From a virus: a stretch of 64,000 nt of DNA. The translations under genes and the position numbers were made by a program. The notes under the pieces were generated by a model. The model ran no database searches. It saw nothing but the letters and a program-made list of their open reading frames with translations, and had not been told where the DNA came from. The DNA is taken from the IMG/VR virus record IMGVR_UViG_3300001765_000030, positions 96,001-160,000 of that record, one strand, 5' to 3'. Position 1 is the stretch's first letter. Each line of letters opens with the position of its first letter. This document shows positions 39,399 through 49,000 of the stretch, piece by piece.

Positions 39399-39620
39399 AT
39401 GAAAAAGATACTACTATTACTTGCGATTATTTCAGTCGCTGTAGCAGCGGATCAGAAGAAATCTTATTCTCATAAGAAAGAATCTGAGAATACAAACAAG
39501 ACTATAACAATTATCAAGCTCGACTCATTATCGAGTGTTAAGATAATTGACACAGATTCGTCATCTACCATGGAATATTTTGACGAAGATGTATATTGGT
39601 TCAAGAGAACCAAGAAGTAA
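39399..39620 (+). CDS. Small exported protein
   Basis: GAGGTG RBS; signal peptide MKKILLLLAIISVAVAA; early-type motif at 39363. Confidence 0.65.
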   Translation: MKKILLLLAIISVAVAADQKKSYSHKKESENTNKTITIIKLDSLSSVKIIDTDSSSTMEYFDEDVYWFKRTKK

Positions 39621-39655
39621 GTATGGGGGATTTCTCCCCCTACTTATTTTTTTTA
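39617..39655. terminator. GGGGA/TCCCC-family hairpin
   Basis: gggggatttctccccc + T-run. Confidence 0.75.
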
Positions 39656-40339
39656 TTTCTCTATGCTCACATAAGCATAAAACTTATAAGGATTGTTTGC
39701 ACTATCCTTGCCGTTTTTATCATGCTCAGGTAAACGTCTTAAATTACAATTAGGACACATCGTTGTACTCTTTAAACTCATACTTTTAAGTTGCTTATTA
39801 TCACCACTTTGTATAAGTTTTAATACGACAATACTCCTTGTTTCAGGAGATTCATGCGTTTCCCAAGTTAAAGGATCTCTTGAGAATACAATAGTTCCTG
39901 GAAGAATTTTGTAGTTGCTAGGCTTCTGGTCTACAGGGTCAGGTTTCTGACAATTTTTCATAAACCCTGACATTTTATCCGCGAAATCTTTACCGACATA
40001 CTTGTCAAAATCTGGCAGGATATCATCAGCTTCGACAATCTCATGAACTATCAGAACCATAGGAAACATTCCAAATACTATATCAATTCTGGAATCGGGC
40101 CCAGTTTTTGGAACCAATTTAAAGTTCTTAGGAACAGTTATTGTTACAGGAACTTGCGAACGTACATACAGTCCAATTTCCCAATTCCAAGGATATACAA
40201 TTTCATCTCTTGAAAAGAGTCTTCCGTCTATGGTAACTTCTGTGTCAAGTATGATCGTATTTCCAGGCGCCATCCACACCTTATTTGAAAACATGTTACG
40301 TGAAAATGAATTTTGTCCAAAATTTTGATTTCCGAACAT
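39653..40339 (-). CDS. Hypothetical protein
   Basis: GGAGG RBS; N/F/Q-rich N-terminus; one CPNC motif. Confidence 0.7.
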   Translation of the reverse strand: MFGNQNFGQNSFSRNMFSNKVWMAPGNTIILDTEVTIDGRLFSRDEIVYPWNWEIGLYVRSQVPVTITVPKNFKLVPKTGPDSRIDIVFGMFPMVLIVHEIVEADDILPDFDKYVGKDFADKMSGFMKNCQKPDPVDQKPSNYKILPGTIVFSRDPLTWETHESPETRSIVVLKLIQSGDNKQLKSMSLKSTTMCPNCNLRRLPEHDKNGKDSANNPYKFYAYVSIEK

Positions 40340-40365
40340 TTATAAAACCTCCGTAATTAAAGAAA

Positions 40366-40388
40366 GTAGGGAGGATTGCCCTCCCTAC
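40366..40388 (-). terminator. Hairpin terminator
   Basis: gtagggagg/cctccctac. Confidence 0.7.
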
Positions 40389-40395
40389 AATATCA

Positions 40396-42573
40396 TTATT
40401 TCTTGCGTTTCTTGTTTACAATCAGAGACTGATCTTCGAGTTTATAATTTCTCTTAAGATACGGTCTAGTTCTTGCAAACTCTTCACCATTCTTCAAGAA
40501 TTCTTTATTCTTGAAGAAGATATCGAATATTCCTGGAGTATTTTTCTTCAATGTATCCGCAACTTCAAATTGTCTACGGAGATCTTGGAATACAACTCCG
40601 CTCAAGAAATCAGATCGTTGAATAGCTTGGGTAAGCTTAACAAACTGAATTTCAGGTTCGATAAGAGTACTGTAATCGGGTTTTGTAATTACATCATCGA
40701 TTACACGAGTAAGATTCATCACAAGTGTTTCCATGTGGATAAACATACCATGACTCTTGATTTCAGCTTTATGGAGAACGTCGTAAATATCATAGATCAT
40801 TTCTTCAGCTTTAGTATACGTTGGAGTTTTAATTCCATCGATAGTAGCTTTGATCATACGAAGATATTTAGAAACTTCTTCTGTAAGTAGTTTTACATTA
40901 AAAACGCTTTCAGCAGGTTCCATATCATTGAAATTTATAGCGAAGAATTCTTGATCCTGAAGCTCGAGATCCCAGTTCGCAGTATCATTCATAGTTTCGA
41001 TATTGACGATACTATTGACAACATCTTCAGTTCTAACTATAGTACCGCGTTTATCAGATATCAATGAAATCAAATTATCACTGATATTTACAAAGAATCC
41101 TTTATCATCAAGATCCATACCACGCAGATTTCCATTCTCTACAACATAGATCATCTCTATTTCTTTTGAGAAATTAAGACCTTCTTCAACACTTCCGTTA
41201 TCAATAACGTTGTCTGAAGAAAGGATATCATTCGCAATATCCATTGGAATGAGAAGAACTACATCTTTTCGGGAACATATATCTTTTCTTGGATAAATAT
41301 TAGAGTTAGATTCAGTAAAGTATCTTTCAATAATATCTCCAACGATCTCTTCAGATTTAGTCTTAGAAGCATGTTTTGCCGATAGACCAAGCTGTGTAAC
41401 AGGGTTGATCAGTTTAATTGAAACCAATCCTCCTACACGAGCATCTGACAATGGAACATGTTTATTTCCAAAACATGTACAACACACTTTTCTCAACTTA
41501 TGACCCGTAATACATTTAGTATGGGATCTGATCTGAATAGTTGTTCCAATCAAGTGTTTATCATCTGTAGTAATTTCACGGAGTTTTGATCCATCACTAC
41601 TCATAACCATATACTTACCTTCAATAAGTTTAAGATAATCATAATCTTCAACATAAAGGTTTAAGTAATGTTTAGTTCCACAATCGAAGATATTCGAATC
41701 CAGAATAGTATTCAGACATGCAATATTTACTTTACGTGAAATATAGCCTGAATCTGGAACTGCATCTTTCTTAACGATGATACTGTTACGTGTAGATACT
41801 GCTTCTGCGAAGAATTCACTCACAGTTTGCATACCATGCATCCAACCCTTTTCAATAAGTCTTGGAAGAATAGTTTTATCTATATCGTAACGACCTCCAA
41901 CTGCAATAAACATCTGACTCATCTGAAGTTCTTTTACAATTCCAGTTGAGATAAATGGATACAAATTACTACGACGGTCTTCAATAATCAAATTGTAGAG
42001 TCGTTTGGTTGCGAAATCTAAAAATTTCTCAATCTCTGAGATACTCATAGTTTCAAGATTCAACTGAGTATTAAATAACTCTGCGAACTTTGGATTTCGA
42101 GATTCAAATGCCATCACGTCATACAGACTGAAAGTATTTGATACCACATCACCATAGAATCTTGCGATTTTAATGATACGCTCTTTAACAGTTCCAACAA
42201 TATTTACACTGTTGAGATTGTATCCGAGTTTCATAAACTTCGAGATTATTTTATCCATTGTGGATATGAAATTCCCTTTAGTCGCAGATGTAAGATCGTG
42301 AAGATCTTCGGAAATTATCTTCTCGCTATAGTTAATATTGAACAACCACAAAATCAAATTGATGTAGAATGTTGAATAATTCACCTTATAGAGAGTTCCA
42401 TCGTCCAACTCAACAATCACAGACTTGTGAACTATCGTTGGATCTTCCATAATTCTCATTTCAATCTTATTTAAAAGTTGAAAATAAGTTTTAACTCTCC
42501 CACTCTTTTGCACTATGCCAGTAAGCGCTGAAGTTGAGAATTTAGCAGAATCAGTTTTTACAACACTGGACAT
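40396..42573 (-). CDS. rpoC: Split RNA polymerase beta-prime, C-terminal fragment (probably non-virion RNAP)
   Basis: Bridge helix KKDAVPDSGYISRKV, DCGT, RSHTKC...VCCTCFG and trigger loop NPVTQLGLSAKH. No DFDGD. Lies near the SF2 helicase. Confidence 0.9.
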   Translation of the reverse strand: MSSVVKTDSAKFSTSALTGIVQKSGRVKTYFQLLNKIEMRIMEDPTIVHKSVIVELDDGTLYKVNYSTFYINLILWLFNINYSEKIISEDLHDLTSATKGNFISTMDKIISKFMKLGYNLNSVNIVGTVKERIIKIARFYGDVVSNTFSLYDVMAFESRNPKFAELFNTQLNLETMSISEIEKFLDFATKRLYNLIIEDRRSNLYPFISTGIVKELQMSQMFIAVGGRYDIDKTILPRLIEKGWMHGMQTVSEFFAEAVSTRNSIIVKKDAVPDSGYISRKVNIACLNTILDSNIFDCGTKHYLNLYVEDYDYLKLIEGKYMVMSSDGSKLREITTDDKHLIGTTIQIRSHTKCITGHKLRKVCCTCFGNKHVPLSDARVGGLVSIKLINPVTQLGLSAKHASKTKSEEIVGDIIERYFTESNSNIYPRKDICSRKDVVLLIPMDIANDILSSDNVIDNGSVEEGLNFSKEIEMIYVVENGNLRGMDLDDKGFFVNISDNLISLISDKRGTIVRTEDVVNSIVNIETMNDTANWDLELQDQEFFAINFNDMEPAESVFNVKLLTEEVSKYLRMIKATIDGIKTPTYTKAEEMIYDIYDVLHKAEIKSHGMFIHMETLVMNLTRVIDDVITKPDYSTLIEPEIQFVKLTQAIQRSDFLSGVVFQDLRRQFEVADTLKKNTPGIFDIFFKNKEFLKNGEEFARTRPYLKRNYKLEDQSLIVNKKRKK

Positions 42574-42601
42574 ACACCCTCCGAATTATAAGTCCTAAAT
42601 T

Positions 42602-42615
42602 TACATTAGATTGTT
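42602..42615 (-). promoter_or_regulatory. Late-type promoter motif
   Basis: AACA-ATCTAA-TGTA. Confidence 0.65.
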
Positions 42616-42619
42616 TACC

Positions 42620-42635
42620 CTTAAATTAATATATA
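42620..42635 (-). promoter_or_regulatory. Early-type promoter motif
   Basis: TATATATTAATTTAAG upstream of the non-virion beta-prime gene. Confidence 0.5.
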
Positions 42636-42665
42636 ATCAAGATAGCTCTTTGGGAATTTATAGAA

Positions 42666-42690
42666 AAGTGGTGGGACGAACCCACCACTT
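42666..42690 (-). terminator. Hairpin terminator
   Basis: aagtggtggg/cccaccactt. Confidence 0.75.
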
Positions 42691-42695
42691 CAATA

Positions 42696-43136
42696 TTATT
42701 TAACGACGTTTTTGCACGTATCTTCCAAAGGACATGTTGAACAAAATCTCTCAAGCTCAGGAATCTCTGAACCTTCAAAATTATAACATATCGGAACATC
42801 ACGTCTCATGTCACAAGTGTCTTTAAATGCACAACCTTTGCACATTTTAGAACTTACATTTTCTTTAGGGATGTTTTCATTGCAATAACACGGTTGTAAT
42901 CCCATAAGAGTCTGAGATCTTCTAATCTTGTTAAGTCTTATAAGGATTTCAAGTTCTTTAAAATGCAAACTATCTTCCATTTTACAATATTTGTTTCCAC
43001 ATATTGTCGTAGATTTATCATTCATATGACTAGCCGTATTATGTTCTCCTGTGAGAATATGAACTGCTGAATTAATAAGTCTGTTCACTATAACGTTGAA
43101 CTTTTCCGATACACTTTTTACAAATTTAAAAAGCAC
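42696..43136 (-). CDS. Cys-rich protein with two C-x14/15-C-x2-C-x5-C units
   Basis: GTG start with AGGAG RBS; units end CKGCAFKDTC and CSTCPLEDTC. Confidence 0.65.
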   Translation of the reverse strand: MLFKFVKSVSEKFNVIVNRLINSAVHILTGEHNTASHMNDKSTTICGNKYCKMEDSLHFKELEILIRLNKIRRSQTLMGLQPCYCNENIPKENVSSKMCKGCAFKDTCDMRRDVPICYNFEGSEIPELERFCSTCPLEDTCKNVVK

Positions 43137-43163
43137 TTTCTACTCCTTTTATAAGATTTTCTA

Positions 43164-43177
43164 TCCAATTATATGTT
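43164..43177 (-). promoter_or_regulatory. Late-type promoter motif
   Basis: AACA-TATAAT-TGGA upstream of the Cys-rich gene. Confidence 0.45.
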
Positions 43178-43186
43178 TTATACTTA

Positions 43187-43200
43187 AACATTAGAATGTA
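43187..43200 (+). promoter_or_regulatory. Late-type promoter motif
   Basis: AACA-TTAGAA-TGTA upstream of the beta fragment. Confidence 0.65.
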
Positions 43201-43226
43201 TAGAAATTATTTAACGGAGATTCATT

Positions 43227-43919
43227 ATGGCGACTATCAAGAAGAGTCCTGAAAGAATTCAAGCGGAAAAAGAAATATGTGCATTAATGGATGCATTTGA
43301 TAAAAGCGGGTACAATAGTAGTACATATAAAGAACTGTTTGAAACTATGAGCGATGGCGAATTCAAACGATATATGAAAGATATTGTTGAAGAAGAAACA
43401 TATATTCAATTTGAAGTTGACACATTTGGCGATAAAATTACACTCGATAAAATATTCGACGTGTGCGAATCTATAGGATTTAGAACTCACAAATATGTAA
43501 TGTATCGTGAGAATGAATCTGCTGATGGATCTATATGCTCGATTACACCTCATCCTGCACTTATACTTTACTTGCCTGTAAAACGTCTTCAACAGATGGT
43601 TTCTAAAAAGAATGCTGCGTCTGGAAATATTGATAAAATAAACCCTATGACAGGTACAGTGACTAGCGATAGTAAATCTGCTGGTATAAATGATACTCAA
43701 ACTTTCGGATTAATTACAACAGGTCAGAAGAATACAATTAAAGAATTATTGGGACCTAGAGCTGATGATGAAGTATCTAAGAAACAGATGCTTCATTTAA
43801 TTGAAGAACGCGGAGATGTATCTCTTAAAGATCTTCATATAGTTCCTAAAAACAAACAAGCTTTACAAACGATGAGCGTTTTCTTACGTGGAGTTGGAAT
43901 TGAAGTAGATGTAAAATAA
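43227..43919 (+). CDS. rpoB: Split RNA polymerase beta, extreme C-terminal fragment
   Basis: LYLPVKRLQQMVSKK...INPMTGTVTSDSKS...IKELLGPRADD matches the beta C-terminus (LKL.H.V..K...TQQP.GK...L.E.LT.KSDD). Confidence 0.8.
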   Translation: MATIKKSPERIQAEKEICALMDAFDKSGYNSSTYKELFETMSDGEFKRYMKDIVEEETYIQFEVDTFGDKITLDKIFDVCESIGFRTHKYVMYRENESADGSICSITPHPALILYLPVKRLQQMVSKKNAASGNIDKINPMTGTVTSDSKSAGINDTQTFGLITTGQKNTIKELLGPRADDEVSKKQMLHLIEERGDVSLKDLHIVPKNKQALQTMSVFLRGVGIEVDVK

Positions 43920-43945
43920 ATAGTGGGGAGTGATCCCCACTATTT
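43918..43945. terminator. GGGGA/TCCCC-family hairpin
   Basis: aaatagtggggagtgatccccactattt. Confidence 0.75.
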
Positions 43946-43952
43946 AAATTTA

Positions 43953-46007
43953 TTATGGTACGCTGTCGTATTCAGTGGAAGCCACGTTCTTCTGAAACCC
44001 AGCAACGGTACCTCGTAAACCAAGTGCAGAAAGTATATTAGTTCCGAAGTTATGCTGACCATCAGGATTACCACCATTTGCAGAACTTAGAAAACGTCCG
44101 CCCGCTTTAAATGTATCTTCGAGATTTTTAAACCATCTGCCGGCACGTTTTAAAATATTGCGTTGATCCGTAAGGCTTAACCCTCCAAGTAAGCTAAGAT
44201 ATTGACTATATGAATCATTTCCCATAAATAATGAGAAAAATAACCCACGGTTCATCGACATCATCATTACAGGAGAAATATCTTTAATAGAAACGTTACA
44301 TTTTATAGTTCTAGGTTTATTATCAATGGTCCAGTTATTTTTATCTTCACCTCTTTCAATTGAAAGAGATTCAATAATTCCCATAGGAACGTTGAACAAA
44401 CCATTCGATGAAACTCTTACAACAAATGGATTTGTATAAGTTTTAGAACCAATCTGTCTAGGCATTGTCATTGCGAATAATAATAAAAATGGGATGTATG
44501 TATTTTCAAATATTGAAAGATTATCCCCATAAGGAGATGTGAATTTGAAAGACATACTTACACTTCTACTGAAAGAAGAATCTGTCCATACTTCCGGAAG
44601 AGAAATACGACCTTCACCCGAAAGAACTGTTCCAGAATCTCCTCGCAATAACGTTTTACCAACACGATCTACACGTGCTTTTACAGAATCCAAAAATGAT
44701 TGAGCAGCATTTGCCCCGGCATCATTACTATAATTATTTATAGCTTCATTCTGAGCAGTTGCAGCTTCACCATTAAGGGATGATTGTAAAGGGTTCTGAG
44801 ATGTACTATTATTGATACTTTCAGATATAGAAACATCTTTATTTATCATATAAGGTATAAATTCAGAACCATACGCGGAATCATCATAAAGGATACTTGC
44901 AAGTCTTAAACTTATCAAACGTCCAACATAACCATCCAATGCATTTTCAACCTTATTATCAACTTTAGTTGTCCAATCATTACCAAAGCTTTCATTATCC
45001 CTAAATTTCTCTCCAATTTGATTTAGAAGAGTTTCATCCATAGCGGTACCTTCATCGCCATAGTATTTAACTTCTCCTCCAGCATCATCAACAGATCCAT
45101 TTAAAAGGCCCATCATAGTTGCAACTTGTCGGAGTATATCATTTACATATTTATGGAAAAGATTGTATTGTGGAACAAAGATTGCATATTTTCTCAATCC
45201 AAGAACCCATTTTAATCCTTCAGTACCAAGTCGTAACGGAAATGTTGCAACATTCCAAGACGTAACTAATACTGTCTTTACTGCAATAAATCCTTTCTCA
45301 ACAAGATTTCCTCCACCATCACGGATGTAATTTAATATAGTCTTATCATCCCCACCTTCAAATGCAGTATTGGTAAATAAATTTGTATTGTATTTTATTT
45401 TTCCAACTTCAAAATATGCAATTGGATAATTCGATACGATTTTCTCATTATAAACTCTTCCCAAATGTGGAAAATATAAGTCACTTCTTACATCATCGTG
45501 AGGATTGAACTGAAATGGAGGATTGATAACTTTACTTCTACCAATACCTGTGCCCATTTTATTTGTCTTATATTTTTTACCATCCTCTGTGATAGATGAA
45601 TCAAAGAAGTTAAAATTTGAATCTCTATTAACCGAACCTTCTTCTCCATCGCCACCTTGAGATGCTGGACCTGTACCATCGTCTGCATCAGTATCAAGTA
45701 TTGCTGAAATAGAATCTTTAGCGGCCAATTTAGATGAAGATACGATAGGAGTATAGAAATTTGATCCAGCATCGATCATTTTAAGACCAATACCAGTACC
45801 ATTACTAGATGTGGTGAGAGAGCTCTTTAAACTCTGACTCATTCTAGTAGATATACTTTTTCCAATATCATTGATAGTATCAATCTTTGAAAGGCCTGTA
45901 ATATTATAATCACGCTTTATAGCAACTTTTGAAGTATCTGAAACGAACTGTGATAGATCGAGTTTCTCTTCTCTACTTTGACCAGGCACATTTAATGGAT
46001 CTGCCAT
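43953..46007 (-). CDS. Baseplate/tail-tube junction-like structural protein (phiKZ gp182-like position)
   Basis: LPEVWTDSSFS, SPYGDNLS, MPRQIG, PFVVRV and GIIESLSIERG tube-fold motifs; directly follows the tape measure gene. Confidence 0.65.
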   Translation of the reverse strand: MADPLNVPGQSREEKLDLSQFVSDTSKVAIKRDYNITGLSKIDTINDIGKSISTRMSQSLKSSLTTSSNGTGIGLKMIDAGSNFYTPIVSSSKLAAKDSISAILDTDADDGTGPASQGGDGEEGSVNRDSNFNFFDSSITEDGKKYKTNKMGTGIGRSKVINPPFQFNPHDDVRSDLYFPHLGRVYNEKIVSNYPIAYFEVGKIKYNTNLFTNTAFEGGDDKTILNYIRDGGGNLVEKGFIAVKTVLVTSWNVATFPLRLGTEGLKWVLGLRKYAIFVPQYNLFHKYVNDILRQVATMMGLLNGSVDDAGGEVKYYGDEGTAMDETLLNQIGEKFRDNESFGNDWTTKVDNKVENALDGYVGRLISLRLASILYDDSAYGSEFIPYMINKDVSISESINNSTSQNPLQSSLNGEAATAQNEAINNYSNDAGANAAQSFLDSVKARVDRVGKTLLRGDSGTVLSGEGRISLPEVWTDSSFSRSVSMSFKFTSPYGDNLSIFENTYIPFLLLFAMTMPRQIGSKTYTNPFVVRVSSNGLFNVPMGIIESLSIERGEDKNNWTIDNKPRTIKCNVSIKDISPVMMMSMNRGLFFSLFMGNDSYSQYLSLLGGLSLTDQRNILKRAGRWFKNLEDTFKAGGRFLSSANGGNPDGQHNFGTNILSALGLRGTVAGFQKNVASTEYDSVP

Positions 46008-46020
46008 ATTTTCTCCTTAA

Positions 46021-46060
46021 AATAAGTATACCCTATAAAATGTTATAGGGTATACTTATT
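46021..46060. other. Perfect 18-bp-stem hairpin between the tape-measure and gp182-like genes
   Basis: aataagtataccctataa-aatg-ttatagggtatacttatt. Confidence 0.8.
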
Positions 46061-46061
46061 A

Positions 46062-49000
46062 TTATTTAGACTTACCTGTAGCAACGCTTTTATCTAAAGC
46101 TTCCTTAGTAGGAGTATTCTTACTACCAGTGGCCACTGGAGCAGCTTTCGCAGTTCCAGATTTCTTAGTGTTATCGCTATAATTCTCTCTAAGAACTGCA
46201 GTTTTGACATCTTTTCCAAATATTCTACCTTCGGCAGAAATACGGAATGCGTCAGCCTGACTATTATCGATTCCATATTCGACATCGCCATTTAAGAATT
46301 TACGCATAGTGATAATATCACCCTTTTTATTCTTAGGCGTGTAATATGTAACATCTCCAATTTTAGTTCCCTCAAAATTCATAGCAACTGTGCCGGCTTT
46401 CTCGTGAGTAGCTCCCCATCCAGATATAGATTTCTGTATCCAGTCTGACAATTTCTTAGGATCTTCAACAATTGCATTACCCTTAAATGTGGTAACTTTA
46501 TTTTGTTGCTTATACTTGTCTATTGCCGCTTGAGATTTAAGATCTCCTATCTGACCACCACCAGTTCCAGTAGGCGCATTCTGTTCTGCAGTTTTGCCAT
46601 CGTCAAGAGACCCATCCCCTAATAGTTTTTGATCACCATTGGCAAGATCTATAACCTGGCCAGACGAATCCGTCATCCCAGTTCCTTCGCCAGTTTCTTG
46701 AAACGACATGCTTCCAGTATCACCGCCGCCGCCTCCGAAAGCTGATTTAAACTTCTCACCGAATGTATCAGACTTTCCATCCTGATTCAAGTCAGAATCT
46801 CCAAACAATCCTTTAAATTTCTCCATTAAACTAGGAGCTTTATTAGCTTTCTTTTGTTCATCAAGTAAACGTTTTCTAGACTTAGGATCTACCTCAGCAA
46901 GAAGTTGTTTAGCAAGAATCTCATTTCTACTAATATCGCTATCGTATGTAGCTTTACTATTGTCCACAAGTATCGTTAACAATTCAACAAGTTTTGAAGT
47001 CATCGATTCATCAATTATATTGTGTCTAGATTGTTCAGCATAGATAGCCTTAAGCGCTCCAAGTTCAGTGTTAATAGCATTGCTCATGTTCATCATATTG
47101 TCAGCTACAGGAGAATTCTCAACCTTTTTCTCAGTTGTAGAAGTAATATTCCCAACATCCTTAGGTTCAGATTTCTTACTCTGCGAAGCTTTATCAATAC
47201 TTTTAGAAACTATCCCAACGCTCGCGACTTTAGCTACATCACCTTTAGAAGGTTTAATATCTTTAGCCTTATCAACACCGACAGATTCGTTTATCTCATC
47301 GATCTTTTTACGACCTTTGTCATTAGCTTTAGGATCTACAGCAGCCTTCTTAGGACCAGTAGGTGCTGCAACTGGGGATGCTCCAGGTTTCTTAGCAACA
47401 TTTGGAGGAGTTGGAGTATCAACCGCAGCTGATGCAGCAACAGATGCTGTTGTAACCGCAGGAGTTACAGATGCAACAGGAGTTGTAGGTTTAATAGCCT
47501 TTTCATCAATTGCATCGACAGGTTCCTTGCTAGTCATAGCTTTTTCATCTTCAGGAGTCTTAACTGAAGCTGCAACTAATTTAACACCTTTGACAAGAGA
47601 TTCTGCCGCCTTTAAGAATTCACTACGGAAATTATTAATCTTAGCTTCATGATTTTCGTTTTTAGGAATAGCATTTACAACGTCGTCTCCACCATAAGGT
47701 TTAGCGATCTTCTTACGAAGGTCTTCAACAGGTTTGTAAATCTTTTCAAGCCATTCTTCAAAATCGCCAATAGTTTTAAAATTCAATAGTTTAGAGTTGG
47801 ATTTCTTACTACCGAATATTCTTTCCCAGAAGTTCTTAGTTTCGTATTCCATAAGACGTTTATGTTCTACTCTAAGTATAGTAGCTTTCTTGCCCATGAA
47901 TACTTGGAAGTCGGCTGCAAATTCCTTCTCGCCGGCATTACCAAGTAATCCAAATATCATCTTCGCAATCTTAGCTGACGGAATAAATCCAAACAGAAGA
48001 CAGCTCAACATATTTGCCACACCAGCAGTAAGTCTCATACCAAATGATACTTTAGCACCTCTTCCGAGTTCAAAATATCTATTAGCACTATCCATACCTG
48101 TAATGAAGTCATTCACAAGTAATGCAATACCTACAGGACCGCCAGCATATTTTGCAAGAGATTTAAGAATTCCTTTACTAGCCGCCGGAGATGCTAACAC
48201 TTTAGGATTGATAATACTCTTAACAGCTTGAAGAACTGCAGTTCCAAATTTACCTTTAGTTATTTTCATAACTTGCTTAGATTTGAGAACCTTTTGAACA
48301 AGATCTTCTAACTTTGATATAATATTCTTGACTACAGGAATCTTCTTACCAGCATCAATACCACGTTTAGCGATATTTACACCAGCTTTACCGACATCCC
48401 CTAAACCACTGAACAGTTTCTTATATCCAAACCCAAGAGCCATTAACATAGGAGCTCTAGCTTTAAATACACTAGTAGATCTTGCAGATTTTTCAGATTC
48501 CGACATTTCTCTACCTGAGGAAGAGAAACTTGAAGATCCTGAAGTTCCTGTTTGGTGACTTATGCGGTCTCCAACGGTTCCATCTTCAAATACTTCTTTA
48601 GAACTCTGACTGTTAGACTTCTCGTACAGTTTCTTACCAGCATATGCGGTTACACCTACAGCTGCAGCTCCTAGTCCAATTTTACCAGCAATTTTAGCAC
48701 CCTTAGCAAATTTACTAAATTTACCGCCAATACCACCTCCGCCAAGTAAGCCTCCAGCTCCACTGATAAGAACGTTACGTTCTATATCTTCAAGATTCTT
48801 TCCGATCTCACTCTTTTCAAAACCTTTAATAAGATCTTCTTGATCTTTCTTACGAGATTTTCTTTGTTCTTTAAGATTATCACGGATTTCAACAAGAGTG
48901 TCAGCCATCTTCTTCTCAGAAGCAGCTTTATCCTCTTCTTTCTGATCACGTTCTTGATCTTGAGAACTACCTTCCCGATTAAGGCCAGTTTTATTAGAAT

